DNA of 64,000 nucleotides from Gammaproteobacteria bacterium (GTDB lineage Bacteria; Pseudomonadota; Gammaproteobacteria; Eutrophobiales; Eutrophobiaceae): NCBI GenBank assembly GCA_965207165.1, contig OZ242265.1, positions 2,473,225 to 2,537,224 of the forward strand, read 5' to 3'. Shown piece by piece: positions 54,277 to 63,373 of this stretch (position 1 is its first letter; each line of letters starts with the position of its first letter). The notes under the pieces were generated by a model. It saw only the letters and a program-made list of their open reading frames with translations, ran no database searches and was not told where the DNA came from. The position numbers and the translations under genes were made by a program.

Positions 54277-56366
54277 AGTGGTTGATAGCAATCACCCGGC
54301 GCCACGATATCATGCTGGCGCTGATGCTGATGGGCATCATATTCATGATAATCCTGCCGTTGCCCATCTTCCTCATCGATATGTTGATCGTCATCAACCT
54401 CACCATCGCACTGGTCTTGCTGATGATGGCGGTCTATGTGGGATCGCCGCTCGATTTCGCCTCCTTCCCTTCGGTCCTGCTTCTCAGTACCCTGTTCCGG
54501 CTGGCGTTGTCCATCAGCACGACGCGCCTGATCCTGCTTAATGCCGACGCAGGCAAGGTCATCGATACCTTCGGTAACTTCGTCGTCGCCGGCAACCTGA
54601 TCATCGGCATGGTGATCTTCCTCATCATTACCGTGGTACAGTTCATCGTGGTCACCAAAGGGGCGGAACGGGTTGCCGAAGTAAGCGCCCGGTTCTCACT
54701 CGACGCCATGCCGGGAAAACAAATGAGTATCGACGGGGATATGCGGGCCGGCGTCATCGACATGGACGAGGCCAGGCGGCGGCGCACGCGGGTGGAGAAG
54801 GAAAGCCAGATGTACGGATCCATGGACGGCGCCATGAAGTTCGTCAAGGGTGACGCCATCGCCGGTATCATCATCATTGCGGTCAACCTGATCGGCGGTT
54901 TGAGCGTGGGCATCTTCCAGCGCGGCCTGTCGCTGTCGGAAGCCGCCAACCTCTACTCCATCCTCACCATCGGCGACGGCCTGGTCCAGCAAATACCCGG
55001 ACTGATCATCGCGCTCACCGCGGGTATTATCGTGACCCGGGTGGACTCTGAGGACTCCGACTCCAATCTCGCCGACAACATTTCCGGCCAGATCGGCAAC
55101 AGGCCGCGCTCGATTATCGTTGCCGGCGGGATCGTCGCCCTGTTTGGCTTTGTGCCGGGGTTCCCCACGGATGCGTTCCTGCTGGTTTCTCTCACCCTGA
55201 TGACAATCGGGGTCATTATCCAGCGGCGACAGAAGCGCGCAATGGTGCAGCAGGAAGACAGCTTTTCCAGCATCGTGCCCAGCACCAAGGAAAGGAAAAT
55301 CGACAGCGATGAGGACATTGGCGGAAGCCTCGCGGAACAGGAAAGCTTCAGTCTCATCATGCCGCTTTTAATAGACATGGCGCCACCGCTGCAGGAAATG
55401 CTGGACATGAAATCGCTGAACCGGGAATTGTTAAAGGTCAGGCGGGCGCTCTACCTGGATCTCGGAGTCCCTTTCCCGGGGATCCATGTGCGTTTCAATG
55501 AGAACATCACCGACCGCAACCGCTACATCATGCTGATGAACGAGGTGCCGGTCGGGCAAGGTGAATTGCGCAGAAACGCCTTGTTTTATACGGACAACCT
55601 TGACCAGATTTCGATTCTGGACATCTCGCATGACAGCGGTGAGCCTTTCCTGCCGGATTTGCAGACTATCTGGATCGACGACGCTTACCAGGACACGCTG
55701 GAAAAAAGCCAGTTGTCATTTCTCAGCAGTCCGAAAGTTCTCACTTACCACCTGTCGCATATTCTGACGCGTTATGCCCAGGATTTTATCGGTATCCAGG
55801 AAACCGAATACCTGTTGTCACAGACGGAATTGACCATGCCGGATTTAACCAAGGAGGTACAACGGGTATTGCCGGTTCACGTGATCGCAGACATTTTCCG
55901 GCGCCTTGTTGCAGAGAACGTATCCATCCGTAACATGCGCCTGATCCTGGAGGGGCTGGTAGAGTGGGGGCAGAAGGAGAAGGATACCGTGTTGCTGGTC
56001 GAGTATATACGGTCCGAACTGAAGCGCTACATCAGCCACAAATACAGCAGCGTACAGAACATCATTCCCGCTTATATACTGGACCAGGACCTGGAAGAGC
56101 AGATTCGTTCATCCATCCGTCAGACCTCTGCCGGCAACTACCTGGCCCTGGACCCGGACACCAGCTACCGCATTGTCGCCAACATCAAACAGACGGTCGG
56201 CGACATGACGCAGAAAATCCACCGTCCCGTGCTGCTCACCGCCTTCGATATCCGCCGTTACGTGAGAAAGATAATCGAGAGCGAAATATACGACCTGGTC
56301 GTGCTGTCCTACCAGGATCTGACCCCGGAAATCACGGTGCAGCCGCTGGAAAGGATCAGCCTGTAA
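54273..56366 (+). CDS. sctV: T3SS export gate protein SctV (YscV/LcrD family); start at MKWLIAI, the internal Met of the listed ORF
   Basis: Near-identity with Yersinia LcrD over the N-terminal 300 aa (RHDIMLALMLMG…LPLP; ERVAEVSARFSLDAMPGKQMSIDGDMRAGVID…ESQMYGSMDGAMKFVKGDAIAG; ILTIGDGLV.QIP.L.IA.TAGIIVTRV). 697 aa. Confidence 0.95.
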   Translation: MKWLIAITRRHDIMLALMLMGIIFMIILPLPIFLIDMLIVINLTIALVLLMMAVYVGSPLDFASFPSVLLLSTLFRLALSISTTRLILLNADAGKVIDTFGNFVVAGNLIIGMVIFLIITVVQFIVVTKGAERVAEVSARFSLDAMPGKQMSIDGDMRAGVIDMDEARRRRTRVEKESQMYGSMDGAMKFVKGDAIAGIIIIAVNLIGGLSVGIFQRGLSLSEAANLYSILTIGDGLVQQIPGLIIALTAGIIVTRVDSEDSDSNLADNISGQIGNRPRSIIVAGGIVALFGFVPGFPTDAFLLVSLTLMTIGVIIQRRQKRAMVQQEDSFSSIVPSTKERKIDSDEDIGGSLAEQESFSLIMPLLIDMAPPLQEMLDMKSLNRELLKVRRALYLDLGVPFPGIHVRFNENITDRNRYIMLMNEVPVGQGELRRNALFYTDNLDQISILDISHDSGEPFLPDLQTIWIDDAYQDTLEKSQLSFLSSPKVLTYHLSHILTRYAQDFIGIQETEYLLSQTELTMPDLTKEVQRVLPVHVIADIFRRLVAENVSIRNMRLILEGLVEWGQKEKDTVLLVEYIRSELKRYISHKYSSVQNIIPAYILDQDLEEQIRSSIRQTSAGNYLALDPDTSYRIVANIKQTVGDMTQKIHRPVLLTAFDIRRYVRKIIESEIYDLVVLSYQDLTPEITVQPLERISL

Positions 56367-56370
56367 GGGC

Positions 56371-57831
56371 TCACCCTCCCGGTTCGGCAAAGCTGTAATT
56401 ATAACGTTCGCCGTCACGCGTCAGGGCGGCGAATTCCTCATTTATTTCCTCAACCCGGTAGCCGTCGGGGGTCACCGAACCCACGAAGTAACGCTGTCCG
56501 TCGTCGAACAACAGGTAGGGCCGGGCGTTGAAACTGGCGCCGACCAGAATACTTTCCACGAATTCAGGGGGGGGCAGGGACTTGCCCGGGTCGGATTCAA
56601 ACAAAATTTCCGGGTGTGCATAGGTCCCGCGGTATTCCTCTACGAGCAGTTCCAGGCTGCTTTGTCCGGACTCATCCAGGTAATGGAAAGACAGCAAAAT
56701 CCGATCGTTCTTCCGGTCCTGCTCCAGGTAAATGCGGTCATTCAAGGCGTGCTTGCCTACCAGGTCCTGCAGATACGCGTACGCATCGTCCCAGTGTATG
56801 ACCTCGTCGATGTAGTTGATTGAATCGACCTCTCCGACGGTCTCCGCGAGGACCCCGCGCCACTTTTCGGCATCCTGCATATAACCTCGCAGTACCAGCG
56901 TTTTAATATCATCTTCTGCTATCGAGGTGGTGACCTGTTCATTCAGGGCCGGGTCCGCGTACTGGTCCAGGATATTCTGGATATTGTTTTTGAATTGTTC
57001 GGTGATAACCAGGTTCGCCCTGACTATGATCCCCCTGTCATACATGGCGCGCACAAACCCGTGTTCATCCCCGGCATTCAGCGCATAACCTTCCAGCGTC
57101 AGGATATTGCCTTTATTCAACTCAAAAGTCGCGTCCAGGCCGTAGCGTTCTGCGATGTTCCGGATTTGTTTCAGACTGATGCGGCCGGCAGGTTGCGCGG
57201 AGGCCGGCTGCGCTTCATCCTTGTACCAGTACAAACCGGCGCCTATGGCGAATATTAACAGGGTTGCCAGCGCCGCGATCCTGCCGCGGCGTGACGGCCA
57301 TGCGCCAACTCCTCCGGACCCTTCCGCTTCCGCAACGGTTTCCGCCATGTCCTGTTCCGTCTCGTCTCCTGCTCCGTCATCAACCGTGTCATCCTCTGCT
57401 TCATTTTCCTCCGGCTCGAATGCCACTTCAACCTCCTGCTCCTGCCCCGCCTCCGGCTCAGGGTTGGGAAGAACCTGCTCTCCAGGTTGGACAAACAACT
57501 GCCCGGGCGGTGGTATATCCCAGGGTTTGTCCTCGGCGCCGACGGCCAGGTAAAGCGCGCTCGAAGTCAGCAGGCCGAAGTCAGTGATTGTAAAAGGACT
57601 TGATTGTTCAACGCCGTCAAGCAGCACGGAGGCATCCTGTGCTGAATACCGTACCTCCACCTCCTCCCCGGTACTGGTAAACGTGAAGAGTTCTTCCGCG
57701 ATACCCTTATCGTGCAGGACCAGGTCGCACTGCGCCGAGCTGCCGAGACGGGTTACCCCCTGCGGCAGGTAATATTCCGCCCCGGTATGCAGGCCGGAAA
57801 GGATTTTTATCATGAATCTGGTATCAGACAT
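56371..57831 (-). CDS. sctD: T3SS inner-membrane ring protein SctD (YscD-like), convergent with sctV
   Basis: An N-terminal FHA-like domain (…RFMIKILSGLHTGAEYYLPQGVTRLGSSAQCDLVLHD…), a single transmembrane helix (IAALATLLIFAIGAGLYWY) and a periplasmic C-terminus. A highly acidic insert precedes the transmembrane helix. Confidence 0.7.
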   Translation of the reverse strand: MSDTRFMIKILSGLHTGAEYYLPQGVTRLGSSAQCDLVLHDKGIAEELFTFTSTGEEVEVRYSAQDASVLLDGVEQSSPFTITDFGLLTSSALYLAVGAEDKPWDIPPPGQLFVQPGEQVLPNPEPEAGQEQEVEVAFEPEENEAEDDTVDDGAGDETEQDMAETVAEAEGSGGVGAWPSRRGRIAALATLLIFAIGAGLYWYKDEAQPASAQPAGRISLKQIRNIAERYGLDATFELNKGNILTLEGYALNAGDEHGFVRAMYDRGIIVRANLVITEQFKNNIQNILDQYADPALNEQVTTSIAEDDIKTLVLRGYMQDAEKWRGVLAETVGEVDSINYIDEVIHWDDAYAYLQDLVGKHALNDRIYLEQDRKNDRILLSFHYLDESGQSSLELLVEEYRGTYAHPEILFESDPGKSLPPPEFVESILVGASFNARPYLLFDDGQRYFVGSVTPDGYRVEEINEEFAALTRDGERYNYSFAEPGG

Positions 57832-57907
57832 ATACGCAGAAAACAGCGGTTGCTCTGGAATACAGGATAAACTAGACTGGCTTTTTTAGCCAGACCATAT
57901 ACCCGAC

Positions 57908-58957
57908 ATGGCAGGAAAATCATCCTCCGACAAAACCGAACAACCGACCCAGAAAAGGATAAGGGATTCGCGCAAGAAAGGGCAGGTTGCCAAGAGCAAC
58001 GAGGTCGGCAGCGTTGCCACCCTGGTAGCCGTGTTCCTGGTCTTCCGCTCCGCCAGCGATACTTTTGTCGAGGATATTGAAGCACTGATTTTATCCGCTA
58101 CTTACGTGGGGGAGGCCGCAACCGAGGTTGTTTTACTGGAAGTCGGGCGTCTGGGTATGACCCTGCTGGTCAAGATCAGCCTGATCATCGCAGGCGCGGG
58201 GGCAATCGCCGCTATCCTGTTCAACTTCCTGCAAGTGGGTCCTATCCTTGCATTCGAAGCCGTACAACCCAAGCTGAGCAATATTAACCCCGCGGAAAAG
58301 ATCAAGAAGCTGTTCTCAAAGGATTCCGTGATACAGGTGCTCAAGAATGTTATCAAGATTATCCTGCTCGCAACGATACTGACCATGGCGGTCAAAGCCA
58401 ACATCCCTGAACTGTTCAGCCTGCTTGACTGCGAACTGAACTGTATTCTCCCCATCGGCGGCGCTGTGCTCAATAATATCCTGGTATATTCCCTGATTGT
58501 TTTCGTCGCGGTTGCCGCCATCGACCTGTTCCTCAGCAGGAGGAAATATATCAAGGACCTGATGATGACCAAGGATGAAGTCAAGCAGGAATTCAAGGAA
58601 GCAGAAGGCGACCCGCATATCAAGGGCAAACGCAAACAGTTATTCAGCGAAATAGTCAACAGCCAGCAGGTAGCCAACGTGAAACGATCATCGGTGGTGG
58701 TTACCAACCCCACCCATGTAGCCGTCGGGCTGTTATACGATGAGGAGGAAACGCCGTTACCCATCGTCACCTTCAAGGCGGAGGGCACCATGGCCAAACA
58801 ATTGATCGAGGTGGCGAAAAGGGAAGGCGTTCCCGTGATGCAGAATGTGCCCCTGGCCCATTCCCTGCTGGAGCAATCACGGGTGGAACAGTACATCCCC
58901 CACGACCTGATCAAACCTGTGGCAGAGGTATTGAAGGTACTCCGCGATATAGGCTGA
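57908..58957 (+). CDS. sctU: T3SS autoprotease / export switch protein SctU (YscU/FlhB family)
   Basis: 349 aa. N-terminus MAGKSSSDKTEQPTQKRIRDSRKKGQVAKS matches YscU MSGEKTEQPTPKKIRDARKKGQVAKS. The NPTH autocleavage motif is present (VVVTNPTHVAVGLLY). Confidence 0.95.
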   Translation: MAGKSSSDKTEQPTQKRIRDSRKKGQVAKSNEVGSVATLVAVFLVFRSASDTFVEDIEALILSATYVGEAATEVVLLEVGRLGMTLLVKISLIIAGAGAIAAILFNFLQVGPILAFEAVQPKLSNINPAEKIKKLFSKDSVIQVLKNVIKIILLATILTMAVKANIPELFSLLDCELNCILPIGGAVLNNILVYSLIVFVAVAAIDLFLSRRKYIKDLMMTKDEVKQEFKEAEGDPHIKGKRKQLFSEIVNSQQVANVKRSSVVVTNPTHVAVGLLYDEEETPLPIVTFKAEGTMAKQLIEVAKREGVPVMQNVPLAHSLLEQSRVEQYIPHDLIKPVAEVLKVLRDIG

Positions 58958-58978
58958 CCTGATGTGAAATTCCGGCCG

Positions 58979-61165
58979 TTAAGGCTCCTCACCTGGTATT
59001 AAGCGGTATTCATAATTCATACCCGTTACCGTGACGGAATAGTCCTGCGCGTCAACCTCAAGGGCTATATCAAGCTGCACATTGCTTCGGTCCGGATCAA
59101 GATACTGTTCGAATTCGGTCTGCGGTTCTTCAATTTTCAAATGCTTTGCAGGACCTTCGCACCTGATGCGTACTGATACATTGCCGTTTCCATCCCTGCT
59201 GACGTCATAAGATGAACCGAAACTGACAGTCGGGTTACCGATGAACGGGGCGGTTTTCAACAAGGCAACAGAGTCATTTACGCCACGTTTTCCTCCGAAA
59301 GTGAAACGCCCGTATGCCAGGTTGTTGGTGCGCTGGTAAACCAGTTGCCCTACGATATCGAGCATCTTCCCATCAAGGTTACCGCGCCTGTCGGTGCAGA
59401 AATTCTTCAGGCCTTCGACAACTCCGTCCACGTCGCCGCGTTTGATCTCCTCGCCGTTGATTACAAAATCAGCACGGTTGAAATCCTGTATCGCCTCCTC
59501 GGGAAACCCCGGGTAGATCGGCGAGTCAGGTTGATCCTTTCCCAGGTCTTCCTGAAGTTCTTCAAGCGCGATTTCCAGGGCCGGCCTGCTGAATTTTCCT
59601 TTACCCGACTGTTCGACCCCGTAGTTACCCGGAGGGGGCGCTTGGATTCCGCAGTTGCGCATGGCGGTAAGCACATTCCCGGCACGCGGTGTATATTCCC
59701 CGACCAGTGACGGCGCATCGGTTCCAAGTAACAGCACGGTCGCCAGCGACATGTTATTGAGCGGGTCTCTCGCCGCTTCCCAGTGTTCTTTTTTTACATC
59801 GGAGCCGTACATTCCAGCCCTCATATCGGCAATCCCCTGGCATAATTCCAGCAAATCCGAAGCGGCCGCGTCCGGTCTGACGGCATCCCTGAGCGCGGTC
59901 TCGTCTTTTGCCGAAAGTTTGCCCTCCAGCAGAAAGCGGCCGCAGTCCCGGGTAAAATTCAGTTTACTGTCTGTACCAAGCGCGTATTTCCTCCTGTCAG
60001 CATCGGATATCTCCTTGTAAATTCCATCCACTACGTTACCGAGTTGCCGCAAAACCCGGACCCGGTGTTCCATGGGATGACCGTCAGATGCCAGATCACC
60101 CAGGTTGGCCGGCACCTGGCTGCGCAAGGCATACAATGTCGATACCATGTCCGGAGGTATGCGGTTGTGCAGAACAACGGCCGCCAGGCTGGAGTACCCG
60201 TCAATCCCGTATGACGCCATGTCCTCGGTCCTGATCTCCCCTTGAGCATGCTTCTCATACAGCCGTTCCAGCGCCACGGCGCGTTCATTGACAAAGTTAT
60301 CTACCACCCGTTCCGCAACCTCGTCAAGCGCGTGCTCAACCCGCTGCTTGACGGGTCCCTCACCGGGCAGTCGTTCGGGGTCCATCATTACCACGTGCAA
60401 CTTGTCTGTCAGTTTTTCCGATAATTTCTGGTACAACGTCTCTGATACGCGGGAGGCATCGAACCCGGGTCCGTACCTGGCTTTCAGCTCCCGGGCCTGC
60501 GGGTGGCGGTCAAAAACCTGCTGCAACTTGTCACATTGTCGCCCGCGCGCGGTAGTGACACCGTAGCCCGTCAAAAAAATCTCTTTCCGGGCATCATTAA
60601 TCGCCAGGTTGACCCGCTTCTTCGCAGTATACAGGTTGTAGCCCTCAGGCAACTCGTCCCGGAGCGGCCTGTTGAATAAATCCTCGGGTAAATCTTCCAG
60701 TGTTGTTGCCATATCGACCTGGTTACGCACCTCACGGGCCAGGTATTCCCCGCCCGGAAGAGCCAGATACGCCGCCCCGGCAAGCCGGTCGTTAACCAGA
60801 CCTTCGACCATGCTGTCTTTAACCAGTCTGAGATTGTCCGCAACCATATCCGCTTCCTGCTTGATCACCTTGATATCACGCACGTGCAACGGCTTGCCCC
60901 GGCGGTGCAGGTCCCGCAACGGACCGAAGTCCATTCTGGATGTCACCTCAGGGCCATAGTGATGCTGCAACGAACTGATAAACGCATCGACCGTCCTGCG
61001 GTTACTGAGACGCTTGCCAATCCCCGAATCACGCACCCAGCGCACCAGGCGAAACCGGCTCTGGTTGAGCCTGAGGTCCCGGCTGCTGTCCAGAGTCACG
61101 ACTCCGCTGTCGCGCACGTTCTGCCGGGCGGCAATATCGGAAAACCGGTTTAGCGAAACTGGCAT
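58979..61165 (-). CDS. Large hypothetical protein, paralog A of a tandem triplet; candidate T3SS secreted protein or effector of unrecognised family
   Basis: 728 aa, hydrophilic with no transmembrane segment. It is about 60% identical to the adjacent ORF at 61183-63360, and the N-terminal ~100 aa are about 85% conserved. It is convergent with sctU. Confidence 0.5.
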   Translation of the reverse strand: MPVSLNRFSDIAARQNVRDSGVVTLDSSRDLRLNQSRFRLVRWVRDSGIGKRLSNRRTVDAFISSLQHHYGPEVTSRMDFGPLRDLHRRGKPLHVRDIKVIKQEADMVADNLRLVKDSMVEGLVNDRLAGAAYLALPGGEYLAREVRNQVDMATTLEDLPEDLFNRPLRDELPEGYNLYTAKKRVNLAINDARKEIFLTGYGVTTARGRQCDKLQQVFDRHPQARELKARYGPGFDASRVSETLYQKLSEKLTDKLHVVMMDPERLPGEGPVKQRVEHALDEVAERVVDNFVNERAVALERLYEKHAQGEIRTEDMASYGIDGYSSLAAVVLHNRIPPDMVSTLYALRSQVPANLGDLASDGHPMEHRVRVLRQLGNVVDGIYKEISDADRRKYALGTDSKLNFTRDCGRFLLEGKLSAKDETALRDAVRPDAAASDLLELCQGIADMRAGMYGSDVKKEHWEAARDPLNNMSLATVLLLGTDAPSLVGEYTPRAGNVLTAMRNCGIQAPPPGNYGVEQSGKGKFSRPALEIALEELQEDLGKDQPDSPIYPGFPEEAIQDFNRADFVINGEEIKRGDVDGVVEGLKNFCTDRRGNLDGKMLDIVGQLVYQRTNNLAYGRFTFGGKRGVNDSVALLKTAPFIGNPTVSFGSSYDVSRDGNGNVSVRIRCEGPAKHLKIEEPQTEFEQYLDPDRSNVQLDIALEVDAQDYSVTVTGMNYEYRLIPGEEP

Positions 61166-61182
61166 ATTGGTTTTCCCCGAAA

Positions 61183-63360
61183 TCAGGGTTCCTGGTCTGT
61201 GGGTACAAACCGGTATTCGTAGTTCATATCCGTTACCCTGGCGGAATAATCCCGTGCGTCAACCTCCAGAGTGATATCAAACGACAGATTACTTTGTGCC
61301 GGATCCAGAAACTGTGTGCCCTCAGGGTGAGTCAGAACCGACGCCGGGCCGGTCGAACTGATTTTCAGCAACACATTGTTATCGGTTCCCCTGCTGACTT
61401 CATATGAACTACTCGCTCTGACAGCGGGCATACCGACAAACGGGGCAGTTTTCATCATGGCAACGGCATCGCTCTCGGTCACACCCATGCCGGAACTGAA
61501 ACGATTTAACGCCATCGCATTGGATCGCTGGTAAACCAGTTTTCCTACGGTGTCGAACATTCTCTCATCAAGATTACTATCAGCGTCAGTGCAGAAATTC
61601 CGCATACTTTCGACGACCCCGGCCGTGTCGCCAAACTCGACGGGGTTACCGTTAAATACATACGTTGCACGGCCAAAATCCCTGGTTGCCTCAGCGATAA
61701 CACCCGGGTACTCCGTTGAGTCGCTCTTTACCTGCAGCAGGTTTGCCTCCAGTTCTCTTTGCGCGATCTCCCGCGCCGGCTGACTGAAAGCGCCTTTGCC
61801 CGACTGCGCAAGCCCGGGCTCGCCGGGAGGCGGGGCATCGATACCGCAATTTCGCATGGCATTGAGCACGTTGCCGGCGCGCGCCGTGTACTCTCCCAGG
61901 GGCGGCGGCGCATCGGCCCCCAGCAACGCCATGGCCGCCATCGACATATTGTCGAGGGGTTCCTTTGCCGCGGCCCAGTGGCCCTGGTTTGCATCGGGGT
62001 GATACAACGCCCCTCTCATGCCGGCTATCCCCTGCAACAGGTCCGGCAGGTCCGACCCGGGTGAGTCCGTCCTGACGGCATGTCTGATGGCTGATTCGTC
62101 ATTGGCAGAAAGCTTGCCTTCCAGCAAAAAGCGGCCGCAGTCTTCCGTATAATTCAGTTTGCTGTCTTCGCCGTACAGGTACTTGTCGAAGTCCGCCTCG
62201 GAAATACCGTCGTATATTCCGCTCAGCGCCTCACCGAATTGCCGCATTACCTGGATCCTGTCCTCCATGGTATGGTCTGCAGAAGCCAATTCGCCCAGGT
62301 TGTCCGGCGTCTCGCTACGCAGTGCATACAGCCTCGATAACATGTCGGGGGGGATACGGTGGTGCAGCACTACATCCGTCAGGCTGCGGTGCCCATCCGC
62401 CTTGAATGTCGCCATGTCTTCGGACCTGATCTCCCCGCGCGCATGCATCTCGCGCAACCGGCCAAGCGCATCGGCGCGTTCGTGGATAAATTCACTTACC
62501 ACCTGGTCCGCTTTGCGGCTGATCGCCTGCTCGACCCGCTCTTTCACGGTTCCATCGCCTGGTAGCTGTTCGGGGTGTTCCAGGGCCTCGGACAACGTGT
62601 TCGACAGTTTTTCGGTTAATGTTCCATACAGCGCCCCTGACGCGCGGGATGCATCGAACCGGAGTCCATACTGCTGGTACAGCGCCTGCGCACGCGGGTG
62701 CCGGTCGACAATCCGTTGTAACCTGTCATATTGTTTCCCTTGACCTGTTTTGACGCCGTAGCCTGTCAAAAAGATGTCTTCGTGGGCATCATTCAGTGCT
62801 GAACTGACCCATGTTTGTGCAGTGCTTAGACTGCCGGCCCCGGACAATGTACCCCGGGCAGCCATGCCAAGCCGGGTCTGGCCAATTTGTTGCTGCGTCC
62901 CGGCAACGTTGACTTTGCTGCGTACCTCATTAACCAGGTCTTCACCGCCCGGAAGGTCGAAATAGGCCGACCCGGCAATCTTCTCGTCAATCAGCGCTTC
63001 GACATTGCTGCTTTTAACGCTTTTAATTCCGTCGGCTACCATACGTGCTTCACCGATGGCCGCCTTGATATCACGCACGTGTAACGGCTTGCCCCGGCTC
63101 TGCAGGTCCCGCAACGGCCGAAAATCCATCCTTGACGTCACCTCCGGACCGTAATGATTCTGCAGCGAACTGATAAACGCATCGACCGTGTTCCTGTTTT
63201 GCACATGCTTGCCAACCCCCGTATTGCGTACCCAGCGCACGAGGCGAAACCGGCTCTGGTTAAGCCTGAGGTCCTGGCGGCTGTCCACGGTTACCGCGCC
63301 GCTGTCGCGAACGTTCTGCCGGGCGGCGATATCGGAAAACTGGTCGAACGAAACCGGCAT
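61183..63360 (-). CDS. Large hypothetical protein, paralog B of the tandem triplet
   Basis: 725 aa and collinear with paralog A (MPVSFDQFSDIAARQNVRDSGAVTVDS…; C-terminal …EVDARDYSARVTDMNYEYRFVP). The intergenic gap to paralog A is 17 nt. Confidence 0.5.
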   Translation of the reverse strand: MPVSFDQFSDIAARQNVRDSGAVTVDSRQDLRLNQSRFRLVRWVRNTGVGKHVQNRNTVDAFISSLQNHYGPEVTSRMDFRPLRDLQSRGKPLHVRDIKAAIGEARMVADGIKSVKSSNVEALIDEKIAGSAYFDLPGGEDLVNEVRSKVNVAGTQQQIGQTRLGMAARGTLSGAGSLSTAQTWVSSALNDAHEDIFLTGYGVKTGQGKQYDRLQRIVDRHPRAQALYQQYGLRFDASRASGALYGTLTEKLSNTLSEALEHPEQLPGDGTVKERVEQAISRKADQVVSEFIHERADALGRLREMHARGEIRSEDMATFKADGHRSLTDVVLHHRIPPDMLSRLYALRSETPDNLGELASADHTMEDRIQVMRQFGEALSGIYDGISEADFDKYLYGEDSKLNYTEDCGRFLLEGKLSANDESAIRHAVRTDSPGSDLPDLLQGIAGMRGALYHPDANQGHWAAAKEPLDNMSMAAMALLGADAPPPLGEYTARAGNVLNAMRNCGIDAPPPGEPGLAQSGKGAFSQPAREIAQRELEANLLQVKSDSTEYPGVIAEATRDFGRATYVFNGNPVEFGDTAGVVESMRNFCTDADSNLDERMFDTVGKLVYQRSNAMALNRFSSGMGVTESDAVAMMKTAPFVGMPAVRASSSYEVSRGTDNNVLLKISSTGPASVLTHPEGTQFLDPAQSNLSFDITLEVDARDYSARVTDMNYEYRFVPTDQEP

Positions 63361-63373
63361 GTCGGTCAGCAGG

